From Dehalococcoidia bacterium (GTDB taxonomy: Bacteria; Chloroflexota; Dehalococcoidia; Plut-88900): 64,000 nt of DNA. Position 1 is the first letter of the stretch. Each line of letters begins with the position of its first letter. This document shows, one piece after another, positions 30,012-42,800 of the stretch. The notes under the pieces are model-generated. The model was given only the letters and a program-made list of their open reading frames with translations. It had not been told where the DNA came from and searched no databases. The stretch spans positions 160,001-224,000 of the forward strand of contig OZ240215.1 of the NCBI GenBank assembly GCA_965197585.1, written 5' to 3'. A program made the translations under genes and the position numbers.

Positions 30012-31505
30012 TTACTTTTCCTCCCTCTCCCAACCAGAACTCAATCTCTTGGCATCAATGCAACCGGGGAGCCCCGCTTTCTCGAGGCGATCGCTAACAC
30101 GCTCGCCCAACCAGCGAGTTTCTTCGGCCCAAATGCGGTGCTCCCCGTCGACATCTCGTATCAGGACTCTAGCTGTTCCATGAGGGTCTACCACGATCTT
30201 TGCGGCGGACTGGCTTTTCGCCGGGATTTTCAAAGTAATCTCGACTAGACTTTCTTCGCTAATCGATATCGTCTCTATCGGATCGTTGAATGCTGCACAC
30301 AGTTGGCGAATTACCGGCTCCGAATGCCAGCCGGCCGCTGCTATTTCCACATTCTGGTCATGACCGTCACCACGTCTTTCGATTGCATCTCGCACCGCGC
30401 CCTGCAGTGCTGTCACACCTGAATACTCAGTTGTGAGTTCATCTAAATTGCCAGGTGGGTCATCGGCAGCGTACGGATGAGGTGAGTAGCGAGGCGAACT
30501 AGGCTCTCGAATGGGCAACAGCGACGTAAACTTCCGCGGGAGTGGATCTTCCGGCTCCGTAGATACGACTTGTGGAATAACCTGGGCGGGTTAGCCTCGG
30601 AGATGCCCTCTCATAGTTCCAAGCAGGGCAGGCGAGGCGGCTAGGTCCACAGTCTCTTCCTCATCAGGAGGCTCTTCTTCCGCAAGGACCGCAAATCGGT
30701 ATTCCCGCTGATCCTTGTACTTGATGTCTTTTACAAATATGGACTTCATCACGAACTGGAGGTCAGACGGAGAGTTGGCGATTACTCGATACGGGTCCTC
30801 AGAATAGACGACGGGGCCGTGATAAACAATTTGTTGCTTGTGGATGGTGCGGATCTTGTGTTCACCATTAAATGTATGTGTCATTTCATCTTCTTTGCCT
30901 CGTGGCCCAAGCTGCTCAGCCACCATCGAAGCTAGAGCGAGAGCAAACTCTCGTGGACGATAAATGTACGAGACATGATCATAGTCAGACTGCATAGACC
31001 TCCACCATGCCGATTCCTCGTTATCATCTCGCGGCTCCAAGGAAGCGCAGGACATCCACCCGTACTTATGGAAAGATAGCCACCTTCTATTTGTGTGCGT
31101 TCTCTTTGTACTATTGGTGGTTATCGAATCCTTCAAGCCCAAGAGTCTTGCTGCCTTGTTAATTTCGTCATTGAGGACGCGTTTCCCAGTTAGATGACGT
31201 GGGTCGTTGACGATCACGACTTCCGGCTGGGTATGTGTTGCGTATCCTTCTCCGCAATCCCGAATGAGCCCTTCTCCATATTCCCAGAAACGCGATGGCT
31301 TGGAAATGCGAACCTTCTTGAGAAGGTCAATGGCATGTTCCTTACGGCACCCTTTGGCCAAGACTGTCACTGGGATGAGGTCTTCTGAAGCGCGGAGATC
31401 AACGTACATTGTCGAAATGAGGTTGCCGAAACTGTCGATATGTAATCCTTCATTCAGTAGAAAAGGTCTAGTCATATGTCGCTCCAGTTGAATCATTGAG
31501 TTCAT
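30012..31505 (-). pseudogene. Hypothetical protein probably split by one in-frame TAA (30591-30593), or two adjacent hypothetical genes
   Basis: The 304-aa and 168-aa ORFs share a frame and are joined by 24 open codons (PAQVIPQVVSTEPEDPLPRKFTSL). The N-part has a K...Y..Q.EYRF motif. Confidence 0.55.
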
Positions 31506-31737
31506 TGTACATTCCTTGCCATCTAGCTTTCAGTCGTTGTTTCTACGGAGGAATGACCGGCTTGTGCTTCTTCAGCATGTCTGGCTCCAAGCCCCTAGTC
31601 TGCACTTGGCTCAGCCGGACCCGAGGGCGACAACCCTACCGCAACGGGCAGTCGATCTACAGGACTGCTCGTGGGTAGGGCATAGACGGCTCACTCTTCC
31701 CGAGCGCCTACAGCACAGCGCAACCGGGAATCCGGTA

Positions 31738-31779
31738 GGGCCTTGTAGGGGCGTACATGTGTACGCCCCTACAAGGCCC
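31738..31779. repeat. GTAG-family REP-like palindrome
   Basis: GGGCCTTGTAGGGGCGTACA-tg-TGTACGCCCCTACAAGGCCC: perfect 20-bp arms containing GTAGGGGCG...CGCCCCTAC. Confidence 0.75.
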
Positions 31780-32456
31780 ACCAGCCTGAATTCGAACCAC
31801 CGACCTTACTATCCGCTCCGACGGCTAAAGGGCTAGACCAGAACTCATAGAAAAGGTTCTGCCTTTAATACGGTCGGGGTCACCTGCCCGGATTCGAAAC
31901 GAAAAGAACGCCTCGCCATTTATGGCAACGTTGCCTAGATTGACACAACCCGTCGAAAGGTTCTCTCTGCCGTACCGTTTGGCATGCCGACGGGCAGGAA
32001 GTTCAATGGGCGGCGACAGGGTGCATCTCAGGGACGGAGAGCAAGTTTCCCGCCTAAGCCCCAGTTATCAGTTTGAGCACTTCCAGCCGAGCAGGACGAT
32101 ATTGAGCGTTAGCGTAACTATGGAAGCGAATTCGGAAGGTCAAGAAAGTCCAATGAAATGGAACAAGATCATGCCGGAAGTCGCCCAATGGCGACCTCCC
32201 GTCAACAAGAATCCTTCGTCAAAAGGTGATTTGTCGATCACGCGGCGCCACCCCGCGCAAGAGTTGCCCGGAAGGGCCGGCTCTCGTTGTATCCGTCCGC
32301 CGGTGGGCATGGCAAGCTTGAAGGCCGAGGACCGGTGGCGTAGGATTAGCGCGAGTGTTGGCGTAGAACCGTGAGGTTCCTTTAGCCGGGGTGGCCGGCA
32401 TTCGCTGTTCAATACTAGTCGATTCGGTATTTCTTGATAAGGCTAGGAGGCTAATT

Positions 32457-32852
32457 ATGAGCACTACCGTGGAAAACAAGGCGGTGCAGGTAGTCCATGG
32501 CACTCAGGACCCAACTACCACGAGCCAAACCCGGGGCATGATCAGAAAGCCCGGTATTGACTCCAACACCGTTGGCGCCGGCAAGATCTGGCTAGGCCAC
32601 GTGACTTGTACGCCTAATACCTTGGGACCGCCACACCATCATGGGGAGGCGGAGACCGCAGCCTTCGTGTTGAGCGGCCAGATTCGGGTCTATTTCGGAG
32701 AGAATCTCGAAGAATACGTGGACGCTGGCCCAGGAGACTTTATCTTCGTGCCGGCTCATACGCCCCATATCGAAGGGAACGTAACCGACGAACCTGCTGA
32801 GGCGGTGCTCTCGAGGGGGCCGGACAACATAGTGATTAACCTGGAGGAGTGA
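32457..32852 (+). CDS. Cupin domain protein
   Basis: AGGAGG RBS; HHHGEAET..FVLSG and GPGDFIFVPAHTPHIE cupin motifs. Confidence 0.85.
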   Translation: MSTTVENKAVQVVHGTQDPTTTSQTRGMIRKPGIDSNTVGAGKIWLGHVTCTPNTLGPPHHHGEAETAAFVLSGQIRVYFGENLEEYVDAGPGDFIFVPAHTPHIEGNVTDEPAEAVLSRGPDNIVINLEE

Positions 32853-33046
32853 GCACTCCCAGGTTTGCTATGGCTGGGCTTCTAGGCGAAGGCCGCTCAC
32901 ACCGCCTCTGATTAATGACAATCCCACCTCACCCTGGTGTCCCATGGCCCATCGAACTAAACAATGCCGAGGGCCTCAATGCCAAGGTATAGCTGCGGAC
33001 CTGCAATTGAGGACCGACACGTAGTGAGAAAGACGGCAGAACCCGA

Positions 33047-33376
33047 ATGTAAGGGTTCCTCCCCTGGCTATTCCTGGCATTTCTCCTGGTCCTAGCCGCC
33101 TATTCGATTGAAATACCGCCTCCTGAGGAGACCCCATTATCTGTCCCGGCAATGCTGGGCCCCACTTCCACGGCGCAAGTTCCGGAGGACATCACGCCGA
33201 CATCTCGGGCCACCATAGAGTCCGCGGCCGCGACCGGCAATCCGTCACCTGGCTCCTTAAAGAGAACATCCTGCCCGATACCAACCCAGGTGCGAGCTGC
33301 GCCTCCAGAAACCCCGGTGCCGGGCTTGGCCGCCGCCTTCCCGATAACCGTGGAGCCAGGCACCGCGGAAATATAG
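33047..33376 (+). pseudogene. Remnant of a Pro/Thr-rich lipoprotein gene
   Basis: ATG-TAA followed in frame by GFLPWLFLAFLLVLAAYS (lipobox Cys apparently mutated to Tyr) and a P/T-rich linker. Confidence 0.45.
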
Positions 33377-33386
33377 AGAGGGCGAT

Positions 33387-34241
33387 CTACTCACCCGTCC
33401 CGGGCGACCAGTTGTATATCTTTTCAAGCGTTCCGCCCATTAGCGCGGAGCGCTCCGAATCCGAAAGCTGGTCAGCAACCCGGAATGCTTCAACACCTTG
33501 CTTATAGGTCAACAGTTTAACTGCCCGGGTCCAGTCAGTACCCCACATGCATCGATCGAAGCCGAACGCATCGAACACCTTGCCCAGATGCCCCCAGATG
33601 TCCGCGTACGGAAATGGCTCGTGGGAGAGGGTACAGGCTCCGGAAATCTTGATGGCCACGTTGTCATATTCGGCCAGTGAAAACACATCGGCCAGGTCAG
33701 CAAACGGTTCCGGAGGTGGGGGTGGCTTGAAGGGTTGGACCAGGCCCACATGATCGATCACCACCTGAGTGTTTGGATGGCGGCGAGCCAGCTCGCCCAT
33801 TAAGGGTAGCTTTCCCCAACACAAGACGTTCACCGGAACGCCCACGAGAGCACCGGCAGCGAGGATGCGATTTAGACCCGGGTCGTCCGCTTCGAATGGC
33901 CGGTACGCAAGCATGATGCGGGCGCCGACCACGCCAGGCAAACCGGTCCACTCCACCATCTCGTCAGCCGTCGCTTCGGACTGCGGATCGAATGGCTTGA
34001 TCAGGCCGAAACTGCCGGGATGTTTCGCGTATACCTCGAGAGCGTAGCTGGCATCGTAGCCATACATGGAGAACGGCGAAACCAACAAGGCCCCATCGAC
34101 GCCTACCGAGTCCATCGCGGCCACCATATCGTCGCCAGTCACCTCATCGGGGCCCTCCAAAAAGCCACTCCAGGGGCGCTCAGGGCGGTTACGCTCGTAC
34201 GCATGGACCTGCGAGTCAATTGTGGGAGTGCGAGTCGTCAT
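33387..34241 (-). CDS. Amidohydrolase family protein (Amidohydro_2, lactonase-like)
   Basis: IDSQVHAY, MDSVGVD.ALLV, VIDHVG, NVAIKISG, FGFDRCMWGTDW. Confidence 0.88.
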   Translation of the reverse strand: MTTRTPTIDSQVHAYERNRPERPWSGFLEGPDEVTGDDMVAAMDSVGVDGALLVSPFSMYGYDASYALEVYAKHPGSFGLIKPFDPQSEATADEMVEWTGLPGVVGARIMLAYRPFEADDPGLNRILAAGALVGVPVNVLCWGKLPLMGELARRHPNTQVVIDHVGLVQPFKPPPPPEPFADLADVFSLAEYDNVAIKISGACTLSHEPFPYADIWGHLGKVFDAFGFDRCMWGTDWTRAVKLLTYKQGVEAFRVADQLSDSERSALMGGTLEKIYNWSPGTGE

Positions 34242-34796
34242 CGCCTTCCTCCTTTTCATTCATGGATTTCGGGTGGTTGCATGAGGCTCTGCGCCAGAGT
34301 GCCCCTGAGCTATAAACCGATACATGTCAGACCTATATTCTTCATTGCAACTGCCCGGCGAGACATTCGCCGCACGGTACGTGTAGCCCTACCAACACTG
34401 CCGGGCCGACAATTCATCCAATACGCTTCATGTTTTGTAGTGCGCCTGTCAATATACCCGAGTGCTGTTGTCGCGCCACATGGGTGGTGCATTAAAGTAT
34501 GGCCAATTGTTCCCGGACATCTTGGTCTTGTAGCCATGGTCGGCGCTTCTGGAATCAGATTCCTGCCATCTGTTGGCGCTGGATGCGCCTGCTTGTCCTT
34601 AAGGACAAACAGACTGCCAAAGAAAGCGTAGTGATGTATTATGCAACGAGCCCCCCTAGACTGCCTTTCCTCCAACGACTCCGTAAGGTTTACCTGAACC
34701 CCTTCTGCTAAGTGCATATGTATCTATCCCCTATGTTACAAACGAACCTTTTCACAGGAACCGTACAGCGTAGACTACTTTTGTTGAGGCTTTGAT

Positions 34797-36056
34797 TTGG
34801 AGATGACTGTACGAAATGCGGTTGTTCAGTCCCGACGCGCGGTCGGGCGTACTGGTATTGACTACCTGCGCTTCGGACTGAGGATTTCAGTATGGTTCCG
34901 ATGGTTCGCTGTAATTGCGTGGTTGGCCCAGCTGCACCATCAAGTCTCCTTCGCGCACCCCGGCTATATCGCCCAGATGCTGTTCGGGGTGTTGCTGTTG
35001 GCACTGAACGGCTACGTCCTCTACCGTATCGAAACGAAACGGACGGCGTCGTGGCGGTGGGTCTTGGCACTGAGTGCGATGGACGTAGTGATGCTCACGG
35101 GCGGGCTGGTGGTCTCAAGCGGATCCGGGGACGACTTCTTCGTGCTGTATTACGCAGCACTTGCCATGTTCGCCGCCGTGTGTGCGTCCATCAGGGTCAG
35201 CTTCGCGGGCGCCACGGCTATATCAGCAATGTACATTGCTCTGAGTCTGACGTCAGAGCCGGGCGGCGGCTTCGAATTCGAAGAAGAGGAGGTCCTGCTC
35301 TCTAGGATTATCGCCATGTACGCTGTGGTAGCAGCAGTTGGTCTCGTGGCAAGGTTCGAGAGAATCAGATCGAGTTACGATCGAGCCAGAAGACGGAAGG
35401 CGGTGGAACGGGAACGCGAGCTCCTGCAGGAGCGGATCGAACTATCACAGACCATCCATGACACTATAGCCCAATCGGCGTACCTGATTGGGCTTGGACT
35501 GGAGTCAGCTATTGAGATGGCCGAGGCCCGAAGAAACGAAAACCGTAGAGAGCTTATAGCCAAATTGGAGGCCACCCTGGCCCTGTCAAAGTCCGCCATG
35601 TGGGAACTGAGGCATCCCATCGACATAGGAGCGATATTCGAAGGGCAAGGCCTGAGCTGGGTGCTGCAGTCCCACGCTTCTACATTCACCACCGTCACTT
35701 CGATTCCTACTGAAGTGCTCCAGTCTGGAAAGGAGCCGGAACTTCCTACGGCCACGCGGAGAGCGCTATTCTCAATAGCCCACAACGCCCTGACGAACGC
35801 ATTTCGCCACTCAAGAGCCAGCAAAATTATTATCAAGCTGGACTTTGAGGATGATTGGCTTCGAATGTCCATATTGGACGACGGTATTGGGCTACCCGAC
35901 GACTTTTCTGACCGAGGCCAGGGCTTCAGGAACATGAGGGCCGACGTGGAGCGTATGAGCGGCAGTATGGTGGCCGGCCCAGGCGAATCCGGACAAGGCA
36001 CTACCGTATCGTGCACTATTCCATACCACCCAGATAAAGAGGGGTTGGTGCATTGA
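34797..36056 (+). CDS. Membrane sensor histidine kinase (HisKA_3, NarX/LiaS-like)
   Basis: About 6 TM helices, ERIELSQTIHDTIAQ (H-box), ALTNAFRHS (N-box), DDGIG, GQG..NMR, GTTV. Confidence 0.88.
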   Translation: MEMTVRNAVVQSRRAVGRTGIDYLRFGLRISVWFRWFAVIAWLAQLHHQVSFAHPGYIAQMLFGVLLLALNGYVLYRIETKRTASWRWVLALSAMDVVMLTGGLVVSSGSGDDFFVLYYAALAMFAAVCASIRVSFAGATAISAMYIALSLTSEPGGGFEFEEEEVLLSRIIAMYAVVAAVGLVARFERIRSSYDRARRRKAVERERELLQERIELSQTIHDTIAQSAYLIGLGLESAIEMAEARRNENRRELIAKLEATLALSKSAMWELRHPIDIGAIFEGQGLSWVLQSHASTFTTVTSIPTEVLQSGKEPELPTATRRALFSIAHNALTNAFRHSRASKIIIKLDFEDDWLRMSILDDGIGLPDDFSDRGQGFRNMRADVERMSGSMVAGPGESGQGTTVSCTIPYHPDKEGLVH

Positions 36057-36715
36057 CCCCAGAAGCACAAACCCGATTGATGCTCGTGGACGATCACGAG
36101 ATTATGCGGGACGGTCTCCGCGAAGTCCTTGAGCATTCGGGTGAATTCCGAGTTGTTGGCGAAGCCGGAGACGGCGACGAAGCGGTGACGGTCGCGCTGA
36201 ATATCAAGCCCGATGTCATCATCATGGATGTGATGATGCCGGTAAAGAACGGCATCGAAGCGTGCCGTGAGATAACGGCGATTCTGCCTGACACCAGAGT
36301 TCTTGTTCTGACAGCATCCCGGCAAGAATACGCTGTTATGGAAGCATTCGCCGCGGGCGCAACGGGATACCTCCAGAAGTATTCGGGCAAAGAGCAGTTG
36401 CTGCGCACCGTCCGGGACGTTGCGAATGGAGAATACCGAATGCCTGCCGACGCCATTAGACGCGCTTTCGCCGGAGTAAAGGCCACGTCGAATCAGATTG
36501 GCGCCCCAATGCCGGGAAGATTAACCCAGCGAGAGCGAGAGATACTGACGCTGTTCAGCCAGGGGCTGTCATATATTGATATTGCCAAAATCAGGGGCAA
36601 CAAGTGGGTGACAATCCGCAACGCAATCTACGGTATCCAGGACAAGTTGGGAATTAATACGAAACAGGAACTAGCGGTCTGGGCAGTGCGAAACGGTCTA
36701 CTTGATGACTACTAG
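36053..36715 (+). CDS. NarL/LuxR-family response regulator
   Basis: LVDDHEIMRDGL, PDVIIMDVMMP, GATGYLQK, LTQREREIL HTH. Overlaps the kinase stop. Confidence 0.92.
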   Translation: MTPEAQTRLMLVDDHEIMRDGLREVLEHSGEFRVVGEAGDGDEAVTVALNIKPDVIIMDVMMPVKNGIEACREITAILPDTRVLVLTASRQEYAVMEAFAAGATGYLQKYSGKEQLLRTVRDVANGEYRMPADAIRRAFAGVKATSNQIGAPMPGRLTQREREILTLFSQGLSYIDIAKIRGNKWVTIRNAIYGIQDKLGINTKQELAVWAVRNGLLDDY

Positions 36716-36865
36716 CCAGATAAACAGCGCTGGGATACACAGCTTCGTGCAGCATCTGGTTGCCAAGGAATAAGCCTGCCGCAGTTTACGATTCTTGGAC
36801 TGTTACCTTTTGTCCTGAAGTGGTTAGCAGTGAAGTTCTGAGTGGCGGAGTTGAGGGATGGGAAC

Positions 36866-39800
36866 ATGAACATTGTCGATGGCTGGCCTCGGCCAGCCAT
36901 GCTGGCCCTGAAGTCGGCGGTGGGCATGCTCGCCCTGATAGCAATACTGGCTTGCGGTGATTCTGCCGACGAGTTGTCGCCGACCGCGACCCCGCCGTCA
37001 ATTCAATTCGCCACCCCTCCAGGCGCTACATCCACGAGTGCCGACGACCAATCCGGCTCCGATATCGACATTCAACTTGACGGGACGCCAACTCCCTACC
37101 CGACGGCAACTCCTTACCCTACTGCCACTCCATATCCCACGGCCACGCCGTATGTCGTGGATGCTGGCACGGACGGAAAGACGGCCACTGAATCGACTGC
37201 TGGTGACTCAACAGAATCTTCTACATCCGGGCCAACAACCGGTATCACGATACCGAAGAAGACCGACTTGGAACGTCCCAAGGTGGGTTCGAAGCTAGAT
37301 GGCCTGATTGCGAAGGTGGAGGCGGGAGAAATATCGCCACGGGAAGCCGCAAGAGAAGCGCCCCTGCACTTAGGAGAGTCGGTGGGCGTAACCATCTGGC
37401 TCTCCGGCAACGTGGACGGTGTCGTGCGCTTCTTGGAAAACAATGGGGCCACCAACATAGCCGCTGGCGAGGACTACATCGAAGCTTACGTACCGGTATT
37501 GCTGCTGGTGGAAACATCCCAGCAAGCAGGCGTGCTGCAAATCAGGCTCATCCAACCCCCAGGAGAGACAGGAAGCACTTTTCAGATCGCCGGCAATGGC
37601 CCCGGAGTGCATGGCTCGGCGGCCTGGAACCAGGCGGGATATAGCGGGCAAGGCATCAAAGTAGGGGTGATAGACATCGGGTTCTCTGGGCTTCAGGAAG
37701 TCCTGGGCACCGAAGTGCCGGCGAACGTACAGGCCAGGTGTTACACGGTTTTGGGACTGCACACTCGGAATTTGTCTGATTGTGGCGGGGGTACCCACGG
37801 CACTGAGGTTTCCGAGTCGGTCGTTGACATTGCTCCGGAAGTAACGCTGTACATTTCGGACCCCAGGTCTCGAACGGAATTGCAGGACGCCGTCGACTGG
37901 ATGATCTCGGAGGGCGTATCGGTAATCAACCACTCGAGACTATGGCCATTCGACGGCCCGGGAGACGGCACTTCCCCTTTTTCCATTAGCCCGCTGAACA
38001 CTATTGATACAGCGGTGTCGGCGGGCATCGTCTGGGTTAACGCGGCTGGAAACCAGGCCCGGGGCGTGTGGTTTCAACGCGGTCCTTTCGAGTACACAAC
38101 CATAAATGTGGATGGTGAGGACGTGAAGTTTCTCAGATTTTCGGGATCTGAATTCAAGAATACGGGTTCCTACGTCGGGGGCAAGCTAGAGTTGCGATGG
38201 GAGGACGACTGGGGCAGGGCTAATACCGACCTGGACCTTTTTGCCCTGGCGCGAGGAACAGACGATATAGCGCTGCAGAGCATTGATCTCCAGTCGGGTG
38301 GGGAGGGTCACTACCCCTACGAAACGGTGGGCGGCCTGGCCACATTTGACATCCTGGTTGCGCACCGCGGCGGCTCGGAGCCCGATTGGATCCAGTTGAT
38401 CGGCTGGGGCCCGACTCGGCTAACGGTGAACTCGTCCGGAGCCGGTAGCATTATCAACCCGGCAGAGAGCGCCAGCCCCGGTCTGCTGGCAGTGGGCGCC
38501 GCCCCCTGGTACAGCGCAAGCACCATAGAGGGTTTCAGCAGCCGCGGGCCCACTCCGGACGGGAGAATCAAGCCGGATATAGTAGCCGCGGACTGCGGCC
38601 AAACGGCAACTGGCGACAGGGGATTTTGCGGCACCAGCCAGGCATCCCCTCACGTGGCCGGCATGGTCGCCTTGGTTCGTCAGCGGTTTCCCCAGTATAC
38701 CCCGGCTCAAGTTGTCTCCTATCTGAAGGAGAACGCCCAACAGCGGATTACCAGCCCTGACCCCAACAACACATGGGGCCACGGATTTCTCGTCCTTCCC
38801 CCAATCACCGGAATAACCACTACGATAGCGCCAGCGGCACCGACCGCATTAATCGCCTCGGCGGACGGCCAGACTCAGATCATTCTGTCGTGGAGAGCGC
38901 CGTCTGATGATGGTGGCACGCCCATCACCGGCTACCGGATCGAAGCCTCGACCAACGGCTCCGCCTGGAGCGATTTGGTGGCCAATACCCGCTCCACCGC
39001 CACCAACTACTCCCACACCGGCCTGACGGCGGGCAGCACCCGCCACTACCGAGTGTCGGCCATTAACTCCGCCGGCGCGGGCACGGCGTCCAACGTCGCC
39101 AATGACACTACTGACGTCGCATCCGTATCGGACCTCTTGGTGGACTCGCCCACGGTGAGCGATAGCGCTCCGGCAGCACGAGCGCGGTTCACGCTGAACG
39201 CCACAGTGCGTAACGAGGGCAACGGCCCATCAGCGTTCACTACGCTGCGGTACTATCAATCCAGCGACGCAACCATCACAAGTTCTGACACCCCCGTTGG
39301 TACGGACTCCGTGTCCCGCCTAGATGCATCGGAGAGCGGAGACGAGTGGATTAGCCTAACAGCTCCTTCCACACACGGGACGTATTACTATGGGGCCTGT
39401 GTGGACTCGGTATCAGATGAGTCCAATATGACCAACAACTGCTCACCCGCGGTGGCCGTATTTGTCGGTGTTGCACCTGCGCCCGACCTTGTAGTGGATA
39501 CGCCCACGGTGGACGCCAGCGCTCCGGCAGCGGGAGCGCGGTTCTCACTGAGTGCTAAGGTGCGCAACGAGGGCAACGGCTCTTCGGCGTTCACCACGCT
39601 GCGCTACTACCAATCCAGCGACTCAAGAATCACAAGTTCTGACACGTCCGTTGGCACAGACTCAGTGTCCAGCCTCGACGCATTGGAGAGCGGAGACGAG
39701 TCGATCAGCCTGGTCGCTCCGTCCACACCCGGAACCTACTACTATGGTGCGTGCGTGGACTCGCTATCAGATGAGCTCGATGCCCAGAATAACTGCTCGT

Positions 39801-42800
39801 CCGCGGTGACCGTAACGGTTGGCGTAGCTCCCGCACCTGACCTGGTGTTGGACACGCCCACGGTCAGCGAGAGCGTACCGGCAGCAGGAGCGCGGTTCAC
39901 GCTGAACGCCACGGTGAGGAACCAGGGTAACGGCTCATCGACGTTCACGACGCTGCGCTATTACCGGTCCACCGATTCCGCCATAACAACTTCCGATAAT
40001 CCCGTCGGCACGGACCTATTATTCCGGCTTGACGACTCGGAGGCCGGAGACGAATGGATCAGCCTGACCGCTCCCTCGGACCCCGGCACCTACTACTATG
40101 GAGCGTGCGTGGACTCGGTAACAGATGAACTGGACACGACCAACAACTGCTCGTCCGCGGTAACCGTAACGGTTGGTGTTGCTCCCGCACCTGACCTGGT
40201 GATGGACACACCCACGGTCAGCGAGAGCGCACCGGCAGCAGGAGCGCGTTTCACGCTGAACGTCACGGTGCGCAACCAGGGCAATGGGCCGTCGGACTCG
40301 ACTACTCTGCGCTACTACCGCTCCACTGACTCTACGATCACGACCGGCGACGCGGAGGCAGGCACGGACTCCGTGTTCCGGCTTGGGGTATCTGCCAACG
40401 GAGACGAGTGGATCAGCCTGACGGCTCCCTCGGACCCCGGCACGTACTATTACGGAGCGTGCGTGGACGCGGTATCAGATGAGCTGGACACGACCAACAA
40501 CTGCTCCGCTGCCGTGACCGTTAATGTGGGAAGAGCGCCCGCTCCCGACTTGGTCGTTGGCCCCCTCAATCTAGGGGGCAGCATCCCGCTAGCAGGAAAG
40601 TCCTTCCTTTTGAACGGCGGCGCGGAGAACCAGGGCGACGCCCCATCAGCCAGTACCACCTTGCGCTACTATCTTTCGACCGACACTACAATCACTACGA
40701 GTGATACGGAAATAGGCAATGCATCGGTTATCCCACTCGGTCCGTCGGGAGGTTACAGAGCCGGTATCAGGCCCACTGCTCCCTCTACTCCCGGAACTTA
40801 CTACTACGGTGCGTGTGTGGACTCGGTATCCGGGGAGTTGGACACTACCAACAATTGCTCCACTGCGTTGGAAGTCGTAGTTGGGGCAGCCCCGGTTCCC
40901 GACCTGGTCGTAGACACGCCCACGGTCAGCGAGAGTGCACCGGCTGCAGGAGCCCGGTTCACCCTGAGCGCCACGGTGCGTAACCAGGGCAATGACCGGT
41001 CAGACTCAACCACCCTGCGCTACTACCGGTCCACCGACTCGACCATCACAGCTTCCGATACTGCCGCAGGTACGGACTTCGTGTCCCGGCTTGACGGATT
41101 GGAGACCGGCGATGAGTTCATCAGCGTAACTGCTCCTTCTGATCCGGGCACCTACTACTACGGAGCGTGCGTGGACTCGGTAACCGAAGAGTCTGACACG
41201 ACCAACAACTGCTCCTCGGCAGTGACAGTATCAGTCGGAGCAGCCCCTGCACCTGACCTGTTCGTAGACACACCCACGGTCAGCGAGAGGGCTCCGGCTG
41301 CAGGAGCCCTCTTCACCCTGAGCGCCACGGTGCGTAACCAGGGCAATGACCGGTCAGACTCAACCACCCTGCGCTACTATTGGTCCACAGACTCGACCAT
41401 CACAACTTCCGATACTGCCGCAGGCACGGACTCGGTATCTGGACTTAGCTCGAACGGGACCAGCGATGAGTCGATCAGCGTAACTGCTCCTTCTGATCCG
41501 GGCACCTACTACTATGGGGCCTGCGTGGACGGGGTAACCGATGAGTCTGACACGACCAACAACTGCTCCACTGCAGTGACCGTTAATGTGGGAAGAGCGC
41601 CCGCTCCCGACTTGGTCGTTGGCCCCCTCAATCTAGGGGGCAGCATCCCGCTAGCAGGAAAGTCCTTCCTTTTGAACAGCGGCGCGGAGAACCAGGGCGA
41701 CGCCCCATCAGCCAGTACCACCTTGCGCTACTATCTTTCGACCGACACTACAATCACTACGAGTGATACGGAAATAGGCAATGCATCGGTTGTCCCACTC
41801 GGTCCGTCGGGAGGTTACAGAGCCGGTATCAGGCCCACTGCTCCCTCTACTCCCGGAACTTACTACTACGGTGCGTGTGTGGACTCGGTATCCGGGGAGT
41901 TGGACACTACCAACAATTGCTCCACTGCGTTGGAAGTCGTAGTTGGGGCAGCCCCGGTTCCCGACCTAGTCGTAGACACGCCCACGGTCAGCGAGAGTGC
42001 ACCGGCAGCAGAAGCGCGGTTCACGCTGAACGCCACGGTGAGGAACCGGAGTAACGGCTCATCGACGTTCACGACGCTGCGCTATTACCGCTCCACTGAT
42101 TCGACTATTACAAGTTCTGACACGTCCGTGGGCACGGACTTGGTATCCGGGCTTAGCTCGTCCGGGAGCAGCGATGAGTCGATCAGCCTGACTGCGCCTT
42201 CTACACCCGGGACCTACTATTACGGGGCCTGCGTGGACTCGGTAACCGATGAGTCTGACACGACCAACAACTGCTCCGTAGCGGTGACAGTGGTCGTGGG
42301 TGCAGCACCTGCGCCCGACTTGGTAGTTGCCATGCCCACAGTTAGCGATAACAGCCCGACTGCCGGAGCGTCCTTCACACTGAACGCCACGGTGCGCAAC
42401 CAGGGCAACGGCTCATCGACGTTCACGACGCTGCGCTATTACCGCTCCACCGATTCGACTATTACAAGTTCTGACACGTCCGTGGGCACGGACTTCGTGT
42501 CCCGCCTAGATGCAGCAGAGACCGGAGATGAGTCTATCAGCCTGACGGCTCCCTCAGACCCGGGCACCTACTATTACGGAGCGTGCGTGGACTCGGTAAC
42601 AGATGAGCTGGACACGACCAACAATTGCTCGTCCGCGGTGACCGTAACGGTTGGTGCAGCTCCCGCACCTGACCTGGTGATGGACACGCCCACGGTCAGC
42701 GAGAGCGCACCGGCTGCAGGAGCCTCCTTCACCCTAAACGCGACGGTGCGGAACCAGGGCAACGGCTCATCGGCGTTCACTACGCTGCGCTACTACCAAT

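Noticed and set aside
35375-36325. Long antisense ORFs (316 aa here; similar at 10638-11309, 52529-53245, 61859-62599)
   Set aside because: They overlap well-supported genes or pseudogenes on the other strand; typical high-GC shadow frames.
36843-36865. TGGCGGAG..GAGGGATGGGAAC resembling a reverse-complemented tRNA 3' end (att site)
   Set aside because: T-loop is mismatched, spacing is off by one and there is no partner copy; explained as the RBS region of the protease.
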